Source: Candidatus Pacearchaeota archaeon
GTDB lineage: Archaea; Nanobdellota; Nanobdellia; Pacearchaeales; GW2011-AR1
Assembly (NCBI GenBank): GCA_046706965.1
Contig: JBJKOX010000012.1
Location: forward strand, 1-45,913
DNA length: 45,913 nt
Reading direction: 5' to 3'
In this document: positions 14,866 through 23,284 of the stretch, in pieces
Position numbering within the stretch: the stretch's first letter is position 1
Layout: the number at the start of each line of letters is the position of its first letter
Translations under genes and position numbers: made by a program
Notes under the pieces: model-generated
What the model was told of the DNA's origin: nothing
What the model saw: the letters and a program-made list of their open reading frames with translations, nothing else
Databases searched by the model: none

Positions 14866-14940
14866 CGCCCCCGACAGGATTTGAACCTGCGACCTACTGC
14901 TTAGAAGGCAGTCGCTCTATCCAGGCTGAGCTACAGGGGC
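14866..14940 (-). tRNA. tRNA-Arg(UCU)
   Basis: The minus strand reads GCCCCTG TA GCTC AGCCTGGATA GAGC G ACTGC CTTCTAA GCAGT AGGTC GCAGG TTCAAAT CCTGT CGGGGGC G. It lies 12 nt from tRNA-Cys on the same strand. Confidence 0.85.
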
Positions 14941-15072
14941 ACAACCATTTTAAAATTTAAGAAATAATTCTATTTAAAATCTTTCTATATCTAATTAATA
15001 CATCAAACTTTGTTTAGTACCTATTTACCCTAAACCACAAAAGTTTTTAAACATAAAAAACATTTTCTCTGA

Positions 15073-16764
15073 ATGAAAAGAGAGATGAGTGCCTTTGCTT
15101 TAGTTTTGGCGGCAGTTCTACTTTTTGCCTATTTATTCAATCTTAATCTAACTGGTTTTGCTGTCTATCAATCGGATCTCTCAGGAGGGGCCTATAGCGG
15201 GACTTTTTATAATGGGAGTGCAATAGTATTAAATTCAAGCGCCAATCTAACTTCAGGTAGTTATACTTCCTCAGTTTTAAACGCAGGGAATAAGTCCCTG
15301 TGGAATAATCTAACATGGGTGGGATCTGTGCCAAATGGTTCTTCATTATCTTTCCAAGTGACAACCTGTTCTGATTCAAATTGCTCTGGTGCTAGTTTTT
15401 CTAATGTTACAACGAACAATAATACAATTGACTTGTCTCCAATGAACTTAACTTCTCAATATCTCCAATACAAAGTCCTGTTTTCAAGAGAGAGCATTAA
15501 CATTACAAGTCCTTCTTTGGTGGGCGTATCTTATTATTATTCTACATTAAAACCTTCAACTTCCAATAATGAAACTTCAAATCAAACTAATTCCACAACT
15601 GAGACTGTTTTAAACACTTCCGCATCTATTATTGATCCTTCCGGAACACTTGATTCTCAAAGAGACATCTCTTTGAATTATATTGCATCAGGAACGAACA
15701 TTACCTGCTCTTATTCCATTCTTAACACATCAGGAATAGTTGTAGATAACACCACCCTTATAGGGTGCGGAAACCTAACTTTTGATCTCTCAAGCGACGG
15801 AACCTATAATCTTCATCTTTATGTGAACGGAACAGGAGGATTTGTTCAGAAGAGTTCTAAGTTTATTGTTGATACCTCATCAAATCAGAATCAACAGCAA
15901 ACACAGCAGAATACTACTCAGCAGCAACAAGTAAATACTACTCAGCAACAACAGCAGCAAAAGACCATCCAGACAATAACTGCCTTATCTGCTTCAGATA
16001 TCTCTTCTGGAAATTTTACCCCTGGTGAATCCGAAAACCTAACTTTTAATGTTAAGAATGTTGGGACTGCTCCTGTAAGTTCGTGTATTCTTGTATTTAA
16101 AGGAAATTATGCTTCGTGGATTTCGGCTCCTAAAGTTAATAAGAATTTAAGTCCAGGACAAACTGCATCATTCTCTTTTACAGTGAAAGTGCCCCTGAAT
16201 GTATCAGATGGATCTTATCTTGAGAGTGCTTCTGCATCATGTTTAGAAACTTCTGTTTCCAAGAACTTTAATATTAATGTTGAAAAACCAAAATTAAATG
16301 CGACCATTCTAAATTCACGTAGGACTAGTCTTGGTAATGTTAAGGTTTCTTATTCCTTATCTGAATTGTCAGGTCAGGACCAAAACGTTTCTATTTCCTT
16401 TGATATTTTGAATTCAAATAATACCAAAATAGGAAATGCTACGGATAAACAAGAGCTTCAAGCAAATTCCACTAAGACTTTTAGTCTTAACATCCCTATA
16501 AATTCTACTGCAGAAGGAAACATGAGTCTTTTAGGGGAATTTGATTCAAAAGTTTATTCTAGCAAAATTTCAGAGCCTATAACTTTAGGTGCACCAATAA
16601 GCGGCTTTGCAATATTAGAGAATATGGGTACCGGAAGTTATGCAGTTGTCGGGATTGTTGTTGTGGTCCTCCTTGCATTATTCTTTGGTATTAGAAGAGC
16701 TAAGAAAAAATCAAGGAAAAAACCTTCCGCTAACGAAAGAAATTCTGTGGAAAGCGAGAAATAG
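15073..16764 (+). CDS. cell-surface (S-layer-like) glycoprotein with an N-terminal signal and a C-terminal TM anchor
   Basis: The 563-aa protein has the signal MSAFALVLAAVLLFAYLF and the C-terminal anchor YAVVGIVVVVLLALFFGIRRAKKKSRKK. It contains dozens of N-x-S/T sequons, a Q-rich linker, and a CARDB-like segment (LTFNVKNVGTAPVSSC). Confidence 0.75.
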   Translation: MKREMSAFALVLAAVLLFAYLFNLNLTGFAVYQSDLSGGAYSGTFYNGSAIVLNSSANLTSGSYTSSVLNAGNKSLWNNLTWVGSVPNGSSLSFQVTTCSDSNCSGASFSNVTTNNNTIDLSPMNLTSQYLQYKVLFSRESINITSPSLVGVSYYYSTLKPSTSNNETSNQTNSTTETVLNTSASIIDPSGTLDSQRDISLNYIASGTNITCSYSILNTSGIVVDNTTLIGCGNLTFDLSSDGTYNLHLYVNGTGGFVQKSSKFIVDTSSNQNQQQTQQNTTQQQQVNTTQQQQQQKTIQTITALSASDISSGNFTPGESENLTFNVKNVGTAPVSSCILVFKGNYASWISAPKVNKNLSPGQTASFSFTVKVPLNVSDGSYLESASASCLETSVSKNFNINVEKPKLNATILNSRRTSLGNVKVSYSLSELSGQDQNVSISFDILNSNNTKIGNATDKQELQANSTKTFSLNIPINSTAEGNMSLLGEFDSKVYSSKISEPITLGAPISGFAILENMGTGSYAVVGIVVVVLLALFFGIRRAKKKSRKKPSANERNSVESEK

Positions 16765-16880
16765 TAGTGCCTACAAAAGATTTAAATAATTTGTAGTGGT
16801 TAAATGCTGATGATTATTAAGGAAAAGATATTGGACCTCTACTTTAATTTTGTCGACGTAAATAAATGTAATTTAGGGTT

Positions 16881-18539
16881 ATGTTAATAATGGCGTTTAT
16901 AGTAAAGAAAAAAATTAAAGGCAATGAATATTATTATCTTAATGAAAATAAAAGGGTTCAGGGAAAGGTTAAAACTAGAACTCTTGCTTACTTAGGAAAA
17001 AATAAAAAAGAGGCAGATAAGAAAGCCAAGGAAATTATTAAAAACCTTGAGCGTGAAAAGATTAAAATGAAAAAAGATGTTGCGGAGCCAGGCTCTGAAA
17101 ATATGCTAGAAGAGAGAACAGAAATTTCTGTTGAACAACTTGCAGCATTTTGTAAACGAAAAGGCTTCGTTTATCCTTCTGCAGAAATTTATGGAGGATT
17201 TACAGGATTTTGGGATTTTGGTCCTTTAGGGGTCGAGCTTAAAAATAACATTAAGAAAGAGTGGTGGAAGTTTCATGTTTTTGGACGAGAAGATATTGTA
17301 GGTATGGATGGAGCAATCATCACTAACCCAAAAGTTTGGGAGGCCTCGGGTCATGTAGGTCATTTTATTGATTTTGCAGTTTACGACAAAAAGAAAAAAG
17401 AAAAATTCAAGGTTGATAGACATGAGCTTTCAAAATATGAGAATAGTCCTGATTACGAAGTTATTGGTGAATTCAATCCTATGTTCACAACTCAGGTGGG
17501 GCCTGTAAAGAAGGATTCTGTTAAAGCATACCTAAGACCTGAAACTGCCCAACTTATTTTCGTGAATTTCAAGCAGATTTATGATAATACCCGTATGAAT
17601 CTACCCGGAGGAATTGCCCAAATAGGAAAATCTTTTAGGAACGAGATAGCTCCTAGAGATTTCATTTTTCGTGATCGTGAGATGGAACAAATGGAGATGG
17701 AGTATTTTATAAAACCTGAACAAGAGTGCCCTTATGAAATTCCTGGTCTTGATGTAAATGTATTTTCAGAGAAAATGCAAAAAGAAGGCCTTGATCCTGA
17801 AAAAATGAAGATTAAGGATGCTTTTGAATTGGGAATAATTAAAAGAAAATGGCATGCATACTGGCTTGCAACTGAAATTTCTTGGTTTAAAATGTTGGGT
17901 GTGGATCCAGATAATTTAAGAGTAAGGCAACATCTTTCAGAGGAGCTTTCACATTACTCTTCTGATACCTGGGATATCGAATATAAATTCCCCTTTGGTT
18001 GGAAGGAGCTACAAGGAATCGCTGATCGTGGAGATTATGATCTATCTCAGCATGAGAAATATTCAGGTAAGGATCTTAAAATATTTGATGAACAAACTAA
18101 GAAAAAAGTTTTGCCTCATGTAGTCTGTGAACCTGCACTCGGGGTTGAACGCGCATTTTTGGTGTTCATGTTTGATTCTTACTTTTATAACAAAGAAAGA
18201 GATAATATTGTTCTTCATCTAAACCCTAAAATTGCCCCTGTGAAAGCGGCAATATTTCCCATAGTTAAAAAACCAGAGTACGAGAAAATAGCCTCCGAAG
18301 TGTTTGATTTGCTTAAGAGTGAATGGAATATTGTTTATGACAAGAGTGGATCAATAGGAAGACGTTATGCACGAAACGATGAAATTGGAACACCTTTTTG
18401 CATAACTATAGATGAAGAAAGTGTTAAAAAAAAGGATGTTACAATCAGAGATCGTGATACCAAAAAACAAATTAGAGTAAAAATATCTGAATTGAAAAAT
18501 TTCGTAAAAAAATTAATTGATGGTGAAGAAAAAATATAA
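16881..18539 (+). CDS. glyS: glycyl-tRNA synthetase (archaeal/eukaryal alpha2 type) with an ~80-aa N-terminal extension
   Basis: The core starts near ...LAAFCKRKGFVYPSAEIYGGFTGFWDFGPLGVELKNNIKKEWW. Class II motifs are present (FRNEIAPR, GVERAF), along with a C-terminal anticodon-binding domain (GRRYARNDEIGTPFCITID). Confidence 0.9.
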   Translation: MLIMAFIVKKKIKGNEYYYLNENKRVQGKVKTRTLAYLGKNKKEADKKAKEIIKNLEREKIKMKKDVAEPGSENMLEERTEISVEQLAAFCKRKGFVYPSAEIYGGFTGFWDFGPLGVELKNNIKKEWWKFHVFGREDIVGMDGAIITNPKVWEASGHVGHFIDFAVYDKKKKEKFKVDRHELSKYENSPDYEVIGEFNPMFTTQVGPVKKDSVKAYLRPETAQLIFVNFKQIYDNTRMNLPGGIAQIGKSFRNEIAPRDFIFRDREMEQMEMEYFIKPEQECPYEIPGLDVNVFSEKMQKEGLDPEKMKIKDAFELGIIKRKWHAYWLATEISWFKMLGVDPDNLRVRQHLSEELSHYSSDTWDIEYKFPFGWKELQGIADRGDYDLSQHEKYSGKDLKIFDEQTKKKVLPHVVCEPALGVERAFLVFMFDSYFYNKERDNIVLHLNPKIAPVKAAIFPIVKKPEYEKIASEVFDLLKSEWNIVYDKSGSIGRRYARNDEIGTPFCITIDEESVKKKDVTIRDRDTKKQIRVKISELKNFVKKLIDGEEKI

Positions 18540-18662
18540 TTTTTATCACATATTTTTTCTCGACGAGAAAAATAATATTTTTAAAATTTTTTTTCTTACA
18601 TGAACAAAACTTTTTTAAACATTTAATTCTTAGTTTAAATAATTAAAAAGAGGTTAATTCAA

Positions 18663-18770
18663 ATGCCTGCAAGAAGAGCAAAGAAAAAAACGGCAAAAAG
18701 AACAACAAAAAGAAAGACAGCTAAGAAGAAGACAACGAAGAGAAAGACTGCTCGAAAAACAAGAAGATAA
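18663..18770 (+). CDS. 35-aa extremely basic mini-protein, function unknown
   Basis: MPARRAKKKTAKRTTKRKTAKKKTTKRKTARKTRR is absent from the ORF track. A GAGGT SD lies 8-12 nt upstream of the ATG, with an AT-rich TATA-like sequence further upstream. The sequence has an internal ~9-10-aa periodicity (TAKRTTKRK / TAKKKTTKRK / TARKTRR). Confidence 0.45.
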   Translation: MPARRAKKKTAKRTTKRKTAKKKTTKRKTARKTRR

Positions 18771-18855
18771 TTTCTCTTGTTAGTTTATTTGTTGTTAGCT
18801 GCTTTTTGTTTTTGTTTTAATGTCTAGAATTATTTTTATTTTTATATTGTTGGAA

Positions 18856-18953
18856 TGTCTCTGGGGAGATTTTAACTCCCGACCTCTGCCTTTCTCAACG
18901 AACTGGTTTTTATGTTCATGAGAGCAGCGCTCTAAACCCTGAGCTACAGAGAC
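18856..18953 (-). tRNA. tRNA with CAU anticodon (elongator Met or Ile2) and a ~25-nt intron after position 37
   Basis: The minus strand reads GTCTCTG TA GCTC AGGGTTTA GAGC G CTGCT CTCATG[AACATAAAAACCAGTTCGTTGAGAA]A GGCAG AGGTC GGGAG TTAAAAT CTCCC CAGAGAC A. G1-C72 argues against an initiator. The T-loop has A at the position where C56 is expected. Confidence 0.7.
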
Positions 18954-18996
18954 AAAATTAATAGAAATAATTGATTTAATAGTTTTAAGGTCAGAA

Positions 18997-19173
18997 TTAT
19001 TTTCTTTTTTTCAATCTTGTAACATACCCTGCAACCTGATTTCTTATTTTCTTGCTTGGCATGGTATCCCCAAGGATTTTTTTGTTCTCGTCGAAGCTTT
19101 CGCTGAATTCTATACCCTCTTTGATCAGCTCATTTGCAGAACGTTTTATCAGCTTAGATTTGATTTTTCCCAT
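18997..19173 (-). CDS. rps17e: 30S ribosomal protein S17e (eS17)
   Basis: The 58-aa ORF is not in the track: MGKIKSKLIKRSANELIKEGIEFSESFDENKKILGDTMPSKKIRNQVAGYVTRLKKRK. This matches the archaeal S17e pattern (MG.I......KR.A.E........F..DF..NK........S.K.RN.IAGY.TR). Confidence 0.8.
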   Translation of the reverse strand: MGKIKSKLIKRSANELIKEGIEFSESFDENKKILGDTMPSKKIRNQVAGYVTRLKKRK

Positions 19174-19210
19174 GTTAGAATTTCATGTTTGATGTTTTTA
19201 AAGCTTGTGT

Positions 19211-20119
19211 TCAATCTGAAAGCGATCCTATCGAGTCCATATTTTCTAGATCTGAGATTAGAGATTCAATCTTTTTTAATACCCCATACTTTCCAAGTAT
19301 AATATAGGGAAGACCTAGTTCTTTGGATTTTTTACTAGATTTTGAAATTTCTTTCTCACCTATTTTGTTCTTATTAAAAGCTAAAAGGATTTTCTCTTTT
19401 CCGTTTTCTTCAACAATCAGTACAATCTCACTTTTGGAAAAACTTGAGATATCTTTCAGCGAAATAGATTTTTTATTCATAAATTCTTTAACTTCGTTGA
19501 AAAGTTTCTCATTAGATGCTTGCTTTTTCTTATGTTGACGCCCTACACTCTTCCTTTTCTTTTTAATTGGCTTATCTTCTTTTTCTTTTTCTTGTTTGTC
19601 GAATATTCCTAAATCTTTTTCTCTTTTTTCTAAAGGCAGACCTTCCTTAATTACTTCGGGAATTGGAACTTCTTTATTCTGATCTTTTTTTTGAGTGAAT
19701 TCGTTTTCAGGTATAATAAAATATCTCCAGAAAATCTCATTAAGGTCCCCATTTCTGAAAGGTATGGCAAAATCTTTTATCTCTCTCAGTGCGACACGAA
19801 TTGCAGGCTGTTGGACTGAATCTTTAAGGAATCTTTTGTCTTTTAGCAGAAGAAAAGCCTCTTTTTCTTTGCTTTTAAGATATTGAGAGAATCTTTCTAG
19901 CTGTGGCTCTTGCCCTGTCAAAAAGTATAAGGGGGAGCTGCCTACGCGCATATTACTTATTTTTACTCTTTTTTCAGAGAGCAATTCCGAAAGGAATGCG
20001 GACGTGAATAATATGCTATTATCTATTTGGCCCGCAATATGAACGGGTAGGCTGGGGCCATTAATTTTTAAAAAAGAAATTATCTTATCTTTTATCTGTG
20101 AAGTATCTTGGGTGGGCAT
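19211..20119 (-). CDS. hypothetical protein with a probable N-terminal winged-helix domain and a K/E-rich linker
   Basis: The 302-aa N-terminus (IKDKIISFLKINGPSLPVHIAGQIDNSILFTSAFLSELLSEKRVKISNMRVGSSPLYFL) looks like a wH fold. The middle is a low-complexity lysine/glutamate stretch. I do not recognise a family. Confidence 0.5.
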   Translation of the reverse strand: MPTQDTSQIKDKIISFLKINGPSLPVHIAGQIDNSILFTSAFLSELLSEKRVKISNMRVGSSPLYFLTGQEPQLERFSQYLKSKEKEAFLLLKDKRFLKDSVQQPAIRVALREIKDFAIPFRNGDLNEIFWRYFIIPENEFTQKKDQNKEVPIPEVIKEGLPLEKREKDLGIFDKQEKEKEDKPIKKKRKSVGRQHKKKQASNEKLFNEVKEFMNKKSISLKDISSFSKSEIVLIVEENGKEKILLAFNKNKIGEKEISKSSKKSKELGLPYIILGKYGVLKKIESLISDLENMDSIGSLSD

Positions 20120-20158
20120 GTTTTGAAAAGATAAATAGGGGTTATAAATATTATGCGG

Positions 20159-20677
20159 CTAAGGCCTAATCCATCTTACCTCATAATAACTGACGTCGTT
20201 TTCTTCATCAACTATTGCAAGGAGTAGGTTCTTTTTTGTGGAGTGGGCCACTCTGTTTTTAGCTGAAAACTCGTGCCATGTTATTTTTTTCGATTCATGA
20301 TCTGTAAAAACAATCCACTTAGCGTGCTTTTGACCTGGGTGGGAACCTTTTTCATAAACTCTGAAATCTGCGCCAAATTTCAATGCAGTCTTTACAACAT
20401 AACCTTTATTTCTTAAATCTTTAAAAACAGGATATTTTATATTTATGCGCCTGTCTTTAGAATAAATCTTCTTCATCAATTCCTTAAATGATAATTTGCT
20501 ATCTTTTTGGAAAACTTCTATGTAATTTTTTTCTTCTAGATAAAGAGCTTCAGGGAAAGAATATTTGATTTTTTCCCCTACAGGTTCTCCGAAATGTCTT
20601 TTTCTATAAAGAGAAAATGCCTCTGAAGAGTTTGTAGATATGTTTTCTCCAGTAAGTGTCGCCTGAATTTTTCTCAT
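20159..20677 (-). CDS. endA: tRNA-splicing endonuclease, short homotetramer-type subunit
   Basis: The 172-aa protein shows FSFPEALYLEEKNYIEV, VFKDLRNKGYVVKTALKFGADFRVYEKG....H(A)KWIV and LLLAIVD, which is the EndA catalytic-domain pattern. Confidence 0.85.
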   Translation of the reverse strand: MRKIQATLTGENISTNSSEAFSLYRKRHFGEPVGEKIKYSFPEALYLEEKNYIEVFQKDSKLSFKELMKKIYSKDRRINIKYPVFKDLRNKGYVVKTALKFGADFRVYEKGSHPGQKHAKWIVFTDHESKKITWHEFSAKNRVAHSTKKNLLLAIVDEENDVSYYEVRWIRP

Positions 20678-20729
20678 ATCCGTTAAAGCAAGACGGAATA
20701 TTTAAAAGTTCCTGAGTTATGTCTTTAAT

Positions 20730-23249
20730 ATGAATGTTAGAAACAAGAAAAAACAGGCTATTAACTTCAAAAAAATAGAGGAAAAATGGCAAAAGCAATG
20801 GGCTGATAAGAGAATCTTTGAAGTTAAGGAAGATAAAAGAAAAAAGAAATTTTATGTCCTTGCCATGTTCCCCTACCCTTCAGGTTCAAAGCTCCATATG
20901 GGACATGCATTCAACTATACTGTGGGGGATATTTATGCAAGATTCAAGAGGATGCAAGGTTTTAACGTTTTGTATCCTATAGGATACGACAGTTTTGGTT
21001 TACCTGCTGAAAATGCAGCTATAAATGAGAAAAAGCACCCCTCCGAAACTATAAAACTTGCTACTAATAACTATACTACTCAGTTAAAGAGATTTGGGTT
21101 GAGTTATGATTGGTCTAGGATGATTAGAACATCTGATCCTGATTATTATAAATGGAATCAATTCTTCTTTTTGAAATTTCTTGAAAAAGGACTTATGTAC
21201 AGGAAAAGAGCCCCTGTGAATTGGTGTCCTAGGTGCAATACTGTTCTTGCAAATGAACAGGTCCATAATGGTAAGTGTTGGCGTCATGAGGATACAAATG
21301 TTGAGATAAAACATCTTGAGCAATGGTTCATGAGGACTACAGATTATGCAGAAGAACTTTTAGATATGATTGATAAACTGGATTGGCCAGAGAGAATTAA
21401 AACTATGCAGAGGAATTGGATAGGAAAAAGCAAAGGTGCTGAGATTACTTTTGAAATTAATGGGCAACCCTGGAGTATTTTTACCACGCGCCCTGACACT
21501 ATATTTGGTGTTACGTTTATGGTGATTTCTGCACAACATGAGAGACTTTCAGAATTAGTAACTCCTGAACAGAAAAAGGCTGTTGAATCGTTCTTGAAAA
21601 AATTAAGAAGCGTATCTGAAAAAGAATTGGAGAGCATGGATAAAGAAGGGGTATTCACAGGAAGTTATGCTGTGAATCCTATTAATGGTGAAAGAATTCC
21701 TGTTTATGCAGGAAATTTTGTAGTGGCAGATTATGGTTCAGGTATAGTCATGGCTGTCCCTTCTCATGATCAGAGGGATTTTGAATTTGCAGAGAAATAT
21801 GATATTCCTATAAAGGTTGTTGTTGAACCTGAAGAATATGAGATCTATGAACGAAAGAATGCTTCTGGTGAACTTGAAATACCTAGGGCATACCCTGGAG
21901 AAGGGACTCTTGTAAATTCAGGTCAGTTTAATGGAATGACCACAACTGAGGCACGAAAGAAAATTGTAAGATTTTTAGAAAATAAAGGCCTAGCTCGACC
22001 AACTATACAATATAAAATGAGGGATTGGCTTATATCAAGACAAAGGTATTGGGGTACACCTATACCCATTATTTATTGTGATAATTGCGGGGTTGTCCCT
22101 GTTTTAGAGAAAAATCTTCCTGTTAAGCTTCCTGAAAAAGTGGGTTTTGGAAAAGGAAATCCTCTTGAAACTAATGAAAAATTCCTTAAATCGAAATGTC
22201 CAAAGTGCGGAGGGCAAGCAAGACGTGAAACAGATACAATGGACACCTTCTTTGATAGTAGTTGGTACTATATTAGATTTACCGACCCTCATAATGATAA
22301 AAAGCCTTTTGACTTAAAGAAGGAAGGCTATTGGATGCCTGTTGATCATTACATTGGTGGTGCTGAACATGCTACCATGCACCTGATTTATGCTAGGGCT
22401 TTTATGAAAGCCTTGCGTGACTTAGGATTTTTGGAACAAGATGAACCTTTTGTAAGATTATTCAATCAAGGAATGTTGCATGGAGAGGACGGATATGTTA
22501 TGAGTAAGTCAAGAGGAAATGGGGTATATCCTGATGTAATAAGTGACAAGTATGGTATAGACACTGCACGACTATTCCTTGTTTCTATAGCATCACCAGA
22601 TAAAGATATCCAGTGGAGTAGTAGCGGAATAGAAGGAAGTTTTAGATTTGTCAATAAGGTGATAAGTTATTTTGAGGACATAAAAATTTCTAAGGGTGCT
22701 AAGAGTAACGAGCGGATTGAACATTTTATGAATAAGGCGATAAAAGATATCACCGGGCAAGTAGAAAGAATGGAATATAATCTGGCGGTTATAAGGCTTA
22801 GAGAATTATTTTCTTCAATGCCTGACGAAACTGATAAAGCAACTCTTGAGAGTTTTCTAAAACTTCTTTCTCCTTTTTGTCCTCATATTGCAGAGGAACT
22901 TTGGTCAAAAATAGGAAATAAGGGCTTTATTGGACTTGCGGATTGGCCTTCTTATGATGAAAAAAAGATAAATAGCAAGTTTGATCTAGAAGATAAGGCC
23001 TTAGGGAAAGTTATAGGGGACGTTAATAATATTGTTAAACTTATTCGTGAAAAATCAGGAGATGTTAAGAATTTTTATCTTTATGTTATGCCTCAAGAGC
23101 TAGATTTTTATAAGAAAAATAAAACTTTGATTGAAAACAGGATTGGCCTTAAACTTGAAATATTCGCTGTAAATGACAAAAATAAGTATGACCCCGACAA
23201 TAAGGCTAAAAAGGCGAAACCAGGACGGCCGGGGATATATGTTGAGTAG
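20730..23249 (+). CDS. leuS: leucyl-tRNA synthetase, apparently bacterial-type
   Basis: The 839-aa protein has the HIGH-region motif PYPSGSKLHMGH and KMSKS as VMSKSRGN. It also has GYDSFGLPAENAAI, TTRPDTIFGVTFMVISAQH and AVPSHDQRDFEFAEKYDIPI, which I recognise as bacterial LeuRS/CP1 signatures. Confidence 0.95.
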   Translation: MNVRNKKKQAINFKKIEEKWQKQWADKRIFEVKEDKRKKKFYVLAMFPYPSGSKLHMGHAFNYTVGDIYARFKRMQGFNVLYPIGYDSFGLPAENAAINEKKHPSETIKLATNNYTTQLKRFGLSYDWSRMIRTSDPDYYKWNQFFFLKFLEKGLMYRKRAPVNWCPRCNTVLANEQVHNGKCWRHEDTNVEIKHLEQWFMRTTDYAEELLDMIDKLDWPERIKTMQRNWIGKSKGAEITFEINGQPWSIFTTRPDTIFGVTFMVISAQHERLSELVTPEQKKAVESFLKKLRSVSEKELESMDKEGVFTGSYAVNPINGERIPVYAGNFVVADYGSGIVMAVPSHDQRDFEFAEKYDIPIKVVVEPEEYEIYERKNASGELEIPRAYPGEGTLVNSGQFNGMTTTEARKKIVRFLENKGLARPTIQYKMRDWLISRQRYWGTPIPIIYCDNCGVVPVLEKNLPVKLPEKVGFGKGNPLETNEKFLKSKCPKCGGQARRETDTMDTFFDSSWYYIRFTDPHNDKKPFDLKKEGYWMPVDHYIGGAEHATMHLIYARAFMKALRDLGFLEQDEPFVRLFNQGMLHGEDGYVMSKSRGNGVYPDVISDKYGIDTARLFLVSIASPDKDIQWSSSGIEGSFRFVNKVISYFEDIKISKGAKSNERIEHFMNKAIKDITGQVERMEYNLAVIRLRELFSSMPDETDKATLESFLKLLSPFCPHIAEELWSKIGNKGFIGLADWPSYDEKKINSKFDLEDKALGKVIGDVNNIVKLIREKSGDVKNFYLYVMPQELDFYKKNKTLIENRIGLKLEIFAVNDKNKYDPDNKAKKAKPGRPGIYVE

Positions 23250-23284
23250 TTAGTTTTTTATAATATCTCTTCTAATATAAGATA

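Noticed and set aside
14769-14960. A 63-aa ORF lies on the + strand.
   Set aside because: It is entirely antisense to the well-folding tRNA-Cys and tRNA-Arg genes, and its GC-rich frame is a by-product of the tRNA sequences.
16800-16880. A UGAUGA (C-box-like) sequence in the intergenic region upstream of glyS could indicate a C/D-box sRNA.
   Set aside because: There is no CUGA D box or D'/C' pair at appropriate spacing and no terminal stem, so it is probably a chance match.
18554-18572. A 9-bp perfect palindrome (TTTTTCTCG-A-CGAGAAAAA) lies just after the glyS stop and could be a terminator or binding site.
   Set aside because: The 1-nt loop makes a stable hairpin unlikely, and archaeal termination is mainly oligo-T driven. 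It is too short and AT-rich to distinguish from chance in this genome.
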